DNA from: Candidatus Thorarchaeota archaeon
GTDB lineage: Archaea; Asgardarchaeota; Thorarchaeia; Thorarchaeales; Thorarchaeaceae
Direction: 5' to 3'
Assembly: GCA_016839605.1 (NCBI GenBank)
Contig: JAEOTX010000128.1
Location: 1-17,525 of the forward strand
DNA: 17,525 nucleotides
This document shows, in pieces, positions 1-8,346 of the stretch; the first letter of the stretch is position 1; every line of letters begins with the position of its first letter. Made by a program: the position numbers and the translations under genes. A model generated the notes under the pieces. It was not told the origin of the DNA. It was given only the letters and a program-made list of their open reading frames with translations, and searched no databases.

Positions 1-312
1 AAGGGGAAGTTCGTAGTCCTTCACATGGGAGGTCTCTTTGGATTTCCTCAACTCATCCCATTAATATCACGTCAGAACATCTGGTTGGATATATCCATCA
101 CATTAGTTAGGTTGGTTGAATCACCACTTCGAGTCTTTCTCGATGCACTTGCACAGGATATCGGTGTTAGAAGGCTCGTGTTCGGGTCAGAGCACCATAG
201 TGAGTATCTAGACTTGAGGGCGGCTTTGAATCTGCTAGATCTCAACGTTGAAACAAGCAGGATAATCCGCGCTGAAAATGCCTGGGTGCTTCTGGGACTT
301 GATTTCACCTAG
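1..312 (+). CDS. Amidohydrolase-family (Amidohydro_2-like TIM barrel) protein, C-terminal part, 5'-truncated by the window
   Basis: Frame is open from base 1 (KGKFVVLHMGG...). Motifs VVLHMGG, NIWLDIS, RLVFGSE and terminal ENAWVLLGL match strands 6-8 and the terminal 'eNA.rll' helix of this family. Confidence 0.7.
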   Translation, partial: KGKFVVLHMGGLFGFPQLIPLISRQNIWLDISITLVRLVESPLRVFLDALAQDIGVRRLVFGSEHHSEYLDLRAALNLLDLNVETSRIIRAENAWVLLGLDFT

Positions 313-329
313 GGGAAGATTTGCTCTAG

Positions 330-671
330 TTATTTCAGATGTTGGGAGAGCATCTCCTGATGGATTAGCTGCTCTAGATCATCTACTCTTGGCATTCCGA
401 TTATCCGGGAATTTTCTACAAACACAGTAGGTACTACTAGGACCTGATGTCGTTCTGTCAGGGCAGGTTTTTTGTCAACTGGAGATTCCACAACCTCAAT
501 GTAGGGTTGATAGAACGGGACTCGCTCAACCGCCTCCTTAACAACTTCCCTCGCCTCTTCACAGAATGCACATGTATCAGATGTGAATAGGGTTATTCTG
601 ATAGGAGTCTGAGTAACACCGGCTTCTGGTGAGAGTGACGTGTCTCGGCTTAAGGAATTGCGGTGCAGCAT
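330..671 (-). CDS. Small thioredoxin/glutaredoxin-fold protein (archaeal MTH807/MJ0307-like)
   Basis: ITLFTSDTCAFC (CxxC), cis-Pro motif VVPTVFV, IIGMP. SD-like GAGGTGA upstream of the ATG. Confidence 0.85.
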   Translation of the reverse strand: MLHRNSLSRDTSLSPEAGVTQTPIRITLFTSDTCAFCEEAREVVKEAVERVPFYQPYIEVVESPVDKKPALTERHQVLVVPTVFVENSRIIGMPRVDDLEQLIHQEMLSQHLK

Positions 672-692
672 AGCGGCAGGGTCACCTCAAAA

Positions 693-926
693 TTACTCAG
701 CAAAGGCAGGGGGCTTCAAACGGATATGGTCTGCAACGTGGTCAACAGCTCTGAGTGGCACGATTTCCCACGTTAGAGGTCTTTTATCATTCTCGGGTTT
801 CTCGATAACCACTTGTGGACCATTGTAATCATCGTACCAAACTTGCTTTACTCGACCCAACGGAAATCCTCTGAAGTCACGCACGACTTTTCCTTTTAGT
901 AGCCATTTCACTCTGTCGCTCTTCAT
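693..926 (-). CDS. PRC-barrel domain protein
   Basis: LKGKVVRDFRGFPLGRVKQVWYD ... IVPLRAVDHVADHIRLK matches the PRC-barrel pattern (l.Gk.V.d..G..lG.V.di ... ip...v..igd.i.l). ATG at 926, preceded by GAGG, is preferred over TTG at 950. Confidence 0.8.
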   Translation of the reverse strand: MKSDRVKWLLKGKVVRDFRGFPLGRVKQVWYDDYNGPQVVIEKPENDKRPLTWEIVPLRAVDHVADHIRLKPPAFAE

Positions 927-1016
927 CGTCCTCAGGGTTTCAAAGACCAAGTCATTGAAGAGCGTGTGTACAACCTAGAGAATATTCACACATGTACAGG
1001 GAGCTGTATTACGCTC

Positions 1017-1601
1017 CTATTGGTTCCCGTATTCTCCGTCCTCATATCCCCAGTCAACTATCATCTCATCACCAGTTGGCAGAAAAGTGCCACTAACGAA
1101 ATAGCCAGCTCCTCCCATGAATAGACCCAAGATATTCATCGCGCCTCCCGTGACAATGAAAAGGCGTGAGTCGCTGATTTGAGTGAGTCCAATGTCCATT
1201 GTTCCTGTGCCGTTTACTCGATCAACTACGACGGTATAGTTTCCAGAAGGAACACCGATTGTTTGTCGTGCAACATAGACAGGCGGATTTGAATCTGGTA
1301 CCACATCGGCAGGAGTAATTGTGAAGTTTACAGTGTAGACCTGCATTGATGTATTACTTAAAACGCTGAAATCAACGAACACTAGTTCTGTCGTGTTCTC
1401 AGAATGTAGTTCGAGCGATATCTCAAGTTGTGGGTAGTATCCTGCCCTACTGAAAAGGACAAAATCCATCCGCTCAGTCTCTCCTCCTCGATAACCAATG
1501 TAATTGTAAGGAGCGCTGAGCACGATTGCACCCCCAAGTATGATGATAAAGGCACCACCAAAGTAGAGGAATGCTTTCTTTGTTCGCCAAGGACTACCCA
1601 T
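1017..1601 (-). CDS. Hypothetical membrane protein: two TM helices flanking an extracytoplasmic beta-rich domain
   Basis: Hydrophobic N-terminal (AFLYFGGAFIIILGGAIVLSA) and C-terminal (FIVTGGAMNILGLFMGGAGYFV) segments, five N-x-S/T sequons between them, acidic tail. Confidence 0.75.
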   Translation of the reverse strand: MGSPWRTKKAFLYFGGAFIIILGGAIVLSAPYNYIGYRGGETERMDFVLFSRAGYYPQLEISLELHSENTTELVFVDFSVLSNTSMQVYTVNFTITPADVVPDSNPPVYVARQTIGVPSGNYTVVVDRVNGTGTMDIGLTQISDSRLFIVTGGAMNILGLFMGGAGYFVSGTFLPTGDEMIVDWGYEDGEYGNQ

Positions 1602-1722
1602 TTAGATTCAACCTGTTGAGAAGGCATTAGTATTGGATATAGGTCTAACGAACAGGACATTCCTAATAGATATTCAATAGTCAATGTTAAAGAGCGCTGT
1701 ATAGAATAGCCATCTGAGAAGC

Positions 1723-3399
1723 ATGACCGAATTTCTAGAGATTGCGGAGACGCTTGACGAGATTTCAGCTGTTTCAAGCAGGAATGCCAAGATCGACCTC
1801 GCCGCTGGTCTTTTGAAAAAGGTAGACCTCAATGAGGTTCGGAGCACAGCTTTGTTCCTTAGTGGCCGAATATTCTCGGAAAGTGATGGTAGGGTCCTCA
1901 ATGTGTCATGGGGCGGCCTAAGTTCAGCTTTGAAGCAGGTCATCGATTTCTCAATGGATGACTTGAATGAATCATATCAAGGTGATACTGGGGAGGCAAT
2001 TGCTTCTCTCCTTGAATCTGGGAAATTTGCAAGACAAACGAGTCTATTCTCTTCACCTCTCTCAATTCAATCTCTGGAGAAGAGCTTCAAGGATATCACA
2101 GACCTTCAAGGCGCGGGGTCAAAGAAGAAGAGACAGGCCATTCTAGCACAAATCTTGAGAGATGCTGCACCGATAGAAGCAAAGTACATCTCGGCACTTA
2201 TACTGAACGACATGCGGATTGGATTGTCTGAGGGACTCTTAGCCGAGGGAATTGCTCGAGCTTTCAATATCGAAGCTAAGCTTGTCAGAAGGGCGTGGAG
2301 TCTCTGTGGAGACCTAGGTTTGGTCGCTGATCAGGCTTCATATGGCGCGACTTCTGCGTTGGAAGAATTCAAGGCAGATATCTTTAGACCAATCAAGCCT
2401 ATGCTTGCCACACCATCAGACACAATTGAGGAGGTGTTTGAAGCAGGGGGGGCATTTGTGTTTGAACTCAAATTAGATGGTGCACGAGTGCAGATTCACA
2501 AAAGAAGCGACAAAGTTGCGATTTACTCACGAAGGCTTCAAGATGTTACCGAAAGCTTACCAGATATTGTCAAAGTCGTTCAGAACGCTGTGCAAGCAGA
2601 GAATGCGATCTTGGATGGTGAAGTGGTTGCCGTGGACCAGAAAGGGCGGCCGTTCCCCTTTCAAGTTGTTATGAAGAGATTTGGAAGGACCAGGGATGTC
2701 GATAAGACAAGTAGTGAAGTCCTATTACATCTTTATGTCTTCGATCTTCTCTACCATGAAAACGAGCAGCTCATTGACTCTCCTTATGATGTTCGAAGAA
2801 AGGCTCTCGAATTGATAGTGCCAAAAGCGAATCTTGTGGAGTGTATTGACGCTAAGAGAGAATCGGAGGCTTCTGCATTCTTTGAGAGAAGTAAGAAACT
2901 TGGGCATGAGGGACTAATGGCTAAGAGAGTTGATTCGTTCTACATTCCAGGAACAAGGGGTAAGAATTGGTTCAAAATTAAGCATGCATTGGACACCATG
3001 GATTTGGTCATTATTGCTGCAGAATGGGGCCATGGACGAAGAAGGAATTGGCTCTCCGACTACCATCTTGCAGTAAGAGACCCTGAAACTGATTCATATG
3101 CTATGATTGGAAAAACGTACAAGGGACTTACTGATGCAGAGTTCAAGGAGATGACAGCCAAGCTGGAGTCGATCTCAACTGGCAAGAAGGGGCCTGTTGT
3201 TTTTGTTAAGCCGGAAATTGTTGTTGAAGTCTTAGCTGCTGAGATTCAAGAAAGCTCAACCTACAAGTCAGGCATGGCATTAAGATTTGCTAGAATAGTG
3301 AGTGTTCGCAGAGACAAATCTCCATCAGACTCAATGACACTAGAAGAGCTGAAGAAAGTTTTTGCGACACAATTCGAGTACAAGGCGAGTCAAGCGTAA
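1723..3399 (+). CDS. lig: ATP-dependent DNA ligase (archaeal LigI type)
   Basis: 558 aa with N-terminal DNA-binding domain, KPMLA, motif I ELKLDGARVQIH (K250), ILDGEVV, YVFDLL, HEGLMAK, WFKIK, DLVIIAAEWGHGRR, ALRFAR...RRDK. Confidence 0.97.
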   Translation: MTEFLEIAETLDEISAVSSRNAKIDLAAGLLKKVDLNEVRSTALFLSGRIFSESDGRVLNVSWGGLSSALKQVIDFSMDDLNESYQGDTGEAIASLLESGKFARQTSLFSSPLSIQSLEKSFKDITDLQGAGSKKKRQAILAQILRDAAPIEAKYISALILNDMRIGLSEGLLAEGIARAFNIEAKLVRRAWSLCGDLGLVADQASYGATSALEEFKADIFRPIKPMLATPSDTIEEVFEAGGAFVFELKLDGARVQIHKRSDKVAIYSRRLQDVTESLPDIVKVVQNAVQAENAILDGEVVAVDQKGRPFPFQVVMKRFGRTRDVDKTSSEVLLHLYVFDLLYHENEQLIDSPYDVRRKALELIVPKANLVECIDAKRESEASAFFERSKKLGHEGLMAKRVDSFYIPGTRGKNWFKIKHALDTMDLVIIAAEWGHGRRRNWLSDYHLAVRDPETDSYAMIGKTYKGLTDAEFKEMTAKLESISTGKKGPVVFVKPEIVVEVLAAEIQESSTYKSGMALRFARIVSVRRDKSPSDSMTLEELKKVFATQFEYKASQA

Positions 3400-3490
3400 G
3401 AACAGTTCATATGTTCAACGAGAAAACAGCTCTGGATGCATTTAGTGGTCACTCATCATTTGCTTGAGTATTCATTCTTCGACCACACAG

Positions 3491-3511
3491 TTTTTATAGC
3501 GTTCCGAACGC
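3491..3511 (+). promoter_or_regulatory. TATA-like box (TTTTTATA) immediately followed by the palindrome GCGTTC-C-GAACGC
   Basis: Read directly at 3491-3498 and 3499-3511, upstream of CDS 3551. Function is inferred. Confidence 0.45.
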
Positions 3512-3550
3512 GGTCACTGACATCACCTCAGGGAGCATCATGAGGCCTTC

Positions 3551-4069
3551 TTGATGCTGGTGAGGCAAGCATTAAGCTTCGAGGAAAGGAAATTGAATCT
3601 GCCCAAGTTTGTTGTCTGGATACTCATGCTTCTTCCTATCGTTCTGTTATCGTTGGGACTGATTTTCTTGAACAATCTGCTGGTCACAGGAGTCATGATC
3701 GTCCCGTTCCTATTTGTTCTCTACCTGTTTGTGATCTTTTATATTGTAGAACAAGGCTCTCGCTGGCAAAAACACCGGCTTTTGGGGATTTTTGCAAGGT
3801 TCATTCAGAAATCTCAATTTAGGACCTTTACCACATACCTTTTCCTGACCTTCTTGATTATACTTGGAGTTTTAGGACTAATGATGGGATTCTGGATGGA
3901 CTCTATCATTGCCGGCACTCCTATTCGAAATACAACTCCGGTTGTCAACTCGCTATTGATCACCTTCCTGCTGCTTTCAGCAATGATACCAATAGTGTGG
4001 AGTAGCTTCAGAAGATGGCGGCATGCAGTGCGAAGTGCCGCAGACGTACGTGTTCGAACAACACAGTAG
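3551..4069 (+). CDS. Hypothetical integral membrane protein (about 4 TM)
   Basis: Four long hydrophobic stretches with basic loops. Start uncertain (TTG 3551, ATG 3554 or TTG about 3593). Confidence 0.7.
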   Translation: MMLVRQALSFEERKLNLPKFVVWILMLLPIVLLSLGLIFLNNLLVTGVMIVPFLFVLYLFVIFYIVEQGSRWQKHRLLGIFARFIQKSQFRTFTTYLFLTFLIILGVLGLMMGFWMDSIIAGTPIRNTTPVVNSLLITFLLLSAMIPIVWSSFRRWRHAVRSAADVRVRTTQ

Positions 4070-4133
4070 ATCTCAGATTCACCTGAAACAAGAGGCTGGC
4101 AGTTTTAAGGTCACATCCTAATAGTCTTTAGAA

Positions 4134-5054
4134 GTGCGTACCTTGGCGTTTAAAGAAATAGCACCTGGAATTCACATTGTTGTTGGAGGTTCCTTTCCGT
4201 TCTGCAACACACTTGTCATTTTGGATGATGAGTTGGTTGTAGTAGATCCAGGATGCTCAATAGAATCTCTTCGTCGATTTCTAGCTATGCACGACCGAGA
4301 GCTTCGTGACGTAGGAACAGTAATTCTTTCACACATTCATCCAGACCACATTATCCATGCAGCAAGACTCAATCGTTTATCAAGCTGCAGAATTGCGGCG
4401 AATGAGATTACAGCACCTCTCTTCAACGAAAAGGAGCGAATGAAGGAGTTCCTCGGTTTTCATAAGGCCAATCCCGTGCGAGCACCATGGGAGAACCTTG
4501 TCAACGAAAGAATGTATGGAGCTCTTGATGAAGGCCGAGTTGATGAGGTCTTAAAAGATGGAGACAAGTTCCAACTCAGTGACATTACCCTAGAGGCCTT
4601 GATGACACCAGGTCACTTGCCCGATCACATGTGTTTTGAGATACTTGAGCATAACCTCCTCTTTGCGGCCGATCTAGATTGCACTGAATTTGGTCCGTTC
4701 TATGGACATCCGAACTCATCCATTGAAGATTTCAAGAAGTCAATCCAGAATGTGCAGAACAGTGACTACAACGGTATCATCAGTGGCCACCTGAAGGAAC
4801 CTGTCATAACTGATTATAGACCCGCACTTGAAGCATATACTCGCCAGTTTGATATTCGAGATGATCTGGTGCATTTGACAATAGCTAATGGAGCAAAGAC
4901 AATAGACGAGATTACAATGACACCGATCATCTATCCTTCGCTTACAAATCCAGTCTTCCTGTACTTCGAGAAGTGGATGATCGAACATCATGTTGGCGAC
5001 CTAGTTGTTAAGGGTCTGGTGGAAGAGCGCAGAGGTCATCTCAAGGCAACATAG
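4134..5054 (+). CDS. MBL-fold metallo-hydrolase, probably with a C-terminal winged-helix-like domain
   Basis: VVVDPG, SHIHPDH (HxHxDH), TPGHLPDH, LFAADLD, ISGH. GTG start about 24 nt after TTTTAAGG, suggesting a leaderless transcript. Confidence 0.92.
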   Translation: MRTLAFKEIAPGIHIVVGGSFPFCNTLVILDDELVVVDPGCSIESLRRFLAMHDRELRDVGTVILSHIHPDHIIHAARLNRLSSCRIAANEITAPLFNEKERMKEFLGFHKANPVRAPWENLVNERMYGALDEGRVDEVLKDGDKFQLSDITLEALMTPGHLPDHMCFEILEHNLLFAADLDCTEFGPFYGHPNSSIEDFKKSIQNVQNSDYNGIISGHLKEPVITDYRPALEAYTRQFDIRDDLVHLTIANGAKTIDEITMTPIIYPSLTNPVFLYFEKWMIEHHVGDLVVKGLVEERRGHLKAT

Positions 5055-5113
5055 TAGACACTTAAAACAGGGTATGTCTTGGTTTCTCATTCAAGCCTTG
5101 GAGATGACGAGTT

Positions 5114-5800
5114 ATGCCGGAATCAGAGAATGACATAATTGACTCAGACGACGAATTGGCTGATGCGAGAAGACTGCTAGCTCTGGCAGATATTGTTGAC
5201 AGGTATCCACAGGTTGTCACAAGAAGAGTCACAGGAATCATCTACATCCTGATTGGTGGCGGAATATCATTTGCTACTCTAGTGATGTTCGTACTTACTG
5301 TTGTACTTGAGCCGCAGGCATGGAATCCATTATTGAATCTCCTCTTCGTTGGCGTCAGTCTGCTCATAACGTGGATCATCGCGTTTCGTTTGGTCGGTCC
5401 CCTCACCAAGTCTGCTCCCAGGCAAGAGATTGAGGAGGAAGGTGCTAGAATCTTCTTCGCTATGTGGGGAGTTATTGCCATTATCATAGCTGTTTCTTCA
5501 GTGATTCTATTCACACAGGAGAATCAATGGCTCTTCCCTATCGAGGTTCAAATTCTTCTCGGATTTGGCCAGTCAATGAACTACTTCATGGGACGACGGA
5601 GTGAAGATAGCAATGGCTTTGTCAGAGAGAACCTTGCCTTAGGCTTGGCTGCCATTCTGTCAATACCATTTATGCTCCTGTTCCCTCTATTGGCATACCT
5701 AATCCTAATCGTTGTAGACATCGGGGGAATCTACATAGTAGGAGTCTATGCGTTGATTACAGCTGAAAGGCTTCTGTTAGAGAGTACTGGTCGGGGATAG
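5114..5800 (+). CDS. Hypothetical multi-pass membrane protein (about 6 TM)
   Basis: Acidic N-terminus followed by about six hydrophobic helices. SD-like GGAGATGA upstream. Ends 2 nt before the regulator gene. Confidence 0.8.
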   Translation: MPESENDIIDSDDELADARRLLALADIVDRYPQVVTRRVTGIIYILIGGGISFATLVMFVLTVVLEPQAWNPLLNLLFVGVSLLITWIIAFRLVGPLTKSAPRQEIEEEGARIFFAMWGVIAIIIAVSSVILFTQENQWLFPIEVQILLGFGQSMNYFMGRRSEDSNGFVRENLALGLAAILSIPFMLLFPLLAYLILIVVDIGGIYIVGVYALITAERLLLESTGRG

Positions 5801-5802
5801 TC

Positions 5803-6141
5803 TTGTCTGCGGATAGGGACCTCCTAGAAGTACTCACAGGCTTCATGAATGAAGACCGTGACACTCTAGTGCCTGCTAGGCTCTCTATCTTGGTCTATCT
5901 GTACTTCACTGGTTCGGCGCAGTTCTCTAAACTTCAGGATAAGCTTGAGTTGACATCAGGTAACCTAGCTAGTCACTTGAAGAAGCTAGAGTCCATGGGA
6001 TTGATTAGGACAACACGGGGATTCATTGAGGTGAAGCCCGTTCGCTTTATTGAGATCACTTCAGAGGGTGTTGAAAAGGTAAGGGGTCAAGTGCTTAGAA
6101 TGCGCGAGCTGGTCTCAAAGGTTGTCGAGAAAGGCGAGTAA
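5803..6141 (+). CDS. Winged helix-turn-helix transcriptional regulator (ArsR/MarR-like, HTH_34 type)
   Basis: PARLSILVYL...FSKLQDKLELTSGNLASHLKKLESMGLI...ITSEG signature. Confidence 0.9.
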   Translation: MSADRDLLEVLTGFMNEDRDTLVPARLSILVYLYFTGSAQFSKLQDKLELTSGNLASHLKKLESMGLIRTTRGFIEVKPVRFIEITSEGVEKVRGQVLRMRELVSKVVEKGE

Positions 6142-6210
6142 TCTGGTCAATCCATAAAGGCTTTAACTATCGTTAACAATTGTAGTAGCGCATTTCGCTG
6201 AGGTTTTTAG

Positions 6211-8346
6211 ATGACTAGCAAAGAGGGTAAACCGAATCGATTGATTTCAGAGAAGAGTCCATACCTCCTCCAACACGCCTCGAATCCAGTAGACTGGTAT
6301 GCATGGGGTGAGGAAGCTTTCGAATTAGCCAAGAAAGAAAACAAACCAATATTCCTCTCCATTGGATACAGCACCTGTCACTGGTGTCATGTCATGGCGC
6401 ATGAGTCCTTTGAGGATAATGAAGTAGCTGAATTGATGAATGACGCTTTTGTAAACATCAAGGTAGACAGAGAAGAACGACCGGATATTGACAAGGTGTA
6501 CATGCAAGTGGCGCAGATGATGACAGGGCGGGGAGGCTGGCCTCTGACAATCGTCATGACACCTGACAAGAAGCCATTCTATGCAGCCACATACATTCCG
6601 AAAGAAGCACGCTACAGCCAGCTTGGAATGATACAACTCATTCCTAGACTGAGAGAGATATGGGATACGGAACGAGAGAACGTTGATGACGTGATCAATC
6701 AGATCGAAGAGGCATTGTCAAGTGACTCAGGCGAAGTGACTGGCACAAGTGTGGACATGGAGTCAATTGAAACGGCTTTCTCTTCTTTCCTCCACAGATT
6801 CGATGAAGAGAGAGGCGGTTTTGGTGCAGCGCCAAAATTCCCTAGCCCTCACAATCTGATGTTACTCTTGAGGTTCTGGAAGCGGTCTGGAGATGAAGAC
6901 GCTCTGAAGATGGTAGAGACCACACTCAAGGAGATGAGAAAGGGCGGTATATGGGATCATCTTGGATATGGATTCCATAGATATTCTACAGATGCTCAGT
7001 GGCTCTTACCTCACTTTGAGAAAATGCTGTACGACCAAGCTATGCTCCTCTACGCATTCATTGAAGCATTTGAGGTAACAGGAGACTCTCAATATGCAGA
7101 AGTGGCTCAAGATATTATGAAGTATGTTTCAAGAGACCTGACAGGTTCAGAGGGGGCATTCTACTCAGCAGAAGATGCAGATAGCGAGGGAGTGGAGGGG
7201 AAGTTCTATGTTTGGTCCCATGATGAGATCAAGACTCACCTAGACGCTCAGGAGTTCGAGGCGTTCATTAGATATTACAATATTGTTGAGAAAGGGAACT
7301 TCAAGGAGGAAGCCACTCGAGAAGACACGGGTCTCAATATCCCACATGCAACTGACTCGCTTGAGAAGGTTGCAGAAGATATCGGCATTTCGATTGACGT
7401 GCTTAGCCAGCTATTGGAGAGAGGACGGAAAAAGCTGTTCAACATTCGTGAGAAGAGAATAAGACCTCAGAGAGATGACAAGATTCTCACAGACTGGAAT
7501 GGACTATTCATCGCAGCGCTTTCAAAGGCAGCAAGATCACTGGGTAGAGATGATTATGTAGCAGCAGCGGAACAAGCCATGGAATTCATATTGACTAAAA
7601 TGATTTCTAGTGATGGACAACTGTATCACAGATTCAGAGATGGCGAAGTCGCAGTGCGAGCATTTCTTGATGATTATGCATTCTTAATCTGGGGACTCAT
7701 AGAGCTTTACGAAACCACGTTCAATCCTAGGTATCTGGAAATAGCAAGAGACCTAACTAAGGAACAAATCAAACGCTTCTGGGATGCAAAGAAGAATGCG
7801 TTCTACTTCACCGCTGATAATTCTGAGGAGCTGCTTGTGCGACAGAAGGAGGCGTACGACGGAGCAATTCCATCAGGAAACTCTGTCTCAATGTTGAACC
7901 TCTTGCGACTAGCCAGGCTTCTGGGAGATGAGGATTTTGAGTCCTTGTCAGCGTTGATTCCTAAGGCGTTCTCGAGCATCATCACGAGAAGTCCTACTGG
8001 CTTTTCGTTCATGTTATCAGGGCTGGATTATGCATTGGGTCCATCTCACGAAGTTGTCATCGCAGGCAAGCTCGATGAAGAAGAAACTCAGATGATGCTT
8101 ACTGAACTAAGGACTAGATTCTTGCCAAATACCGTTGTACTTCTTCGATCTGATGATGACGTTTCCAAGAAGCTGAATTCACTAGCACCCTTCTCAAAGT
8201 ACTACGACCGAGTTAATGGCAAGGCAACCGTTCATGTATGCATTAATCACAACTGCAAGTTACCAACGAATGACATTGGCCAGATGCTCAATCTTCTTGG
8301 AGAATCGACTCAGGGCTCATCATCTATTGTGAAGGAGTCTTTCTAA
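6211..8346 (+). CDS. yyaL: Thioredoxin-domain protein of the YyaL/SSP411/SPATA20 family (DUF255 plus alpha/alpha toroid)
   Basis: [106 protein letters not shown]. Confidence 0.95.
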   Translation: MTSKEGKPNRLISEKSPYLLQHASNPVDWYAWGEEAFELAKKENKPIFLSIGYSTCHWCHVMAHESFEDNEVAELMNDAFVNIKVDREERPDIDKVYMQVAQMMTGRGGWPLTIVMTPDKKPFYAATYIPKEARYSQLGMIQLIPRLREIWDTERENVDDVINQIEEALSSDSGEVTGTSVDMESIETAFSSFLHRFDEERGGFGAAPKFPSPHNLMLLLRFWKRSGDEDALKMVETTLKEMRKGGIWDHLGYGFHRYSTDAQWLLPHFEKMLYDQAMLLYAFIEAFEVTGDSQYAEVAQDIMKYVSRDLTGSEGAFYSAEDADSEGVEGKFYVWSHDEIKTHLDAQEFEAFIRYYNIVEKGNFKEEATREDTGLNIPHATDSLEKVAEDIGISIDVLSQLLERGRKKLFNIREKRIRPQRDDKILTDWNGLFIAALSKAARSLGRDDYVAAAEQAMEFILTKMISSDGQLYHRFRDGEVAVRAFLDDYAFLIWGLIELYETTFNPRYLEIARDLTKEQIKRFWDAKKNAFYFTADNSEELLVRQKEAYDGAIPSGNSVSMLNLLRLARLLGDEDFESLSALIPKAFSSIITRSPTGFSFMLSGLDYALGPSHEVVIAGKLDEEETQMMLTELRTRFLPNTVVLLRSDDDVSKKLNSLAPFSKYYDRVNGKATVHVCINHNCKLPTNDIGQMLNLLGESTQGSSSIVKESF

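Noticed and set aside
3400-3486. Minus-strand ATGATGA as a C/D-box sRNA, or the hairpin as a SECIS element
   Set aside because: No properly placed CTGA D box, the stem is too short for a eukaryote-like SECIS, and no adjacent same-strand gene has an in-frame TGA.
1723-5054. Ligase plus MBL hydrolase as the ligase-associated (Lhr/exonuclease) repair or NHEJ system
   Set aside because: The MBL protein looks glyoxalase-II-like with no beta-CASP features; no Ku, helicase or phosphoesterase; the genes appear to have separate promoters.
5798-5805. TAG read-through or fusion of the membrane protein and the wHTH regulator
   Set aside because: The genes are in different frames and the read-through frame stops again within a few codons.
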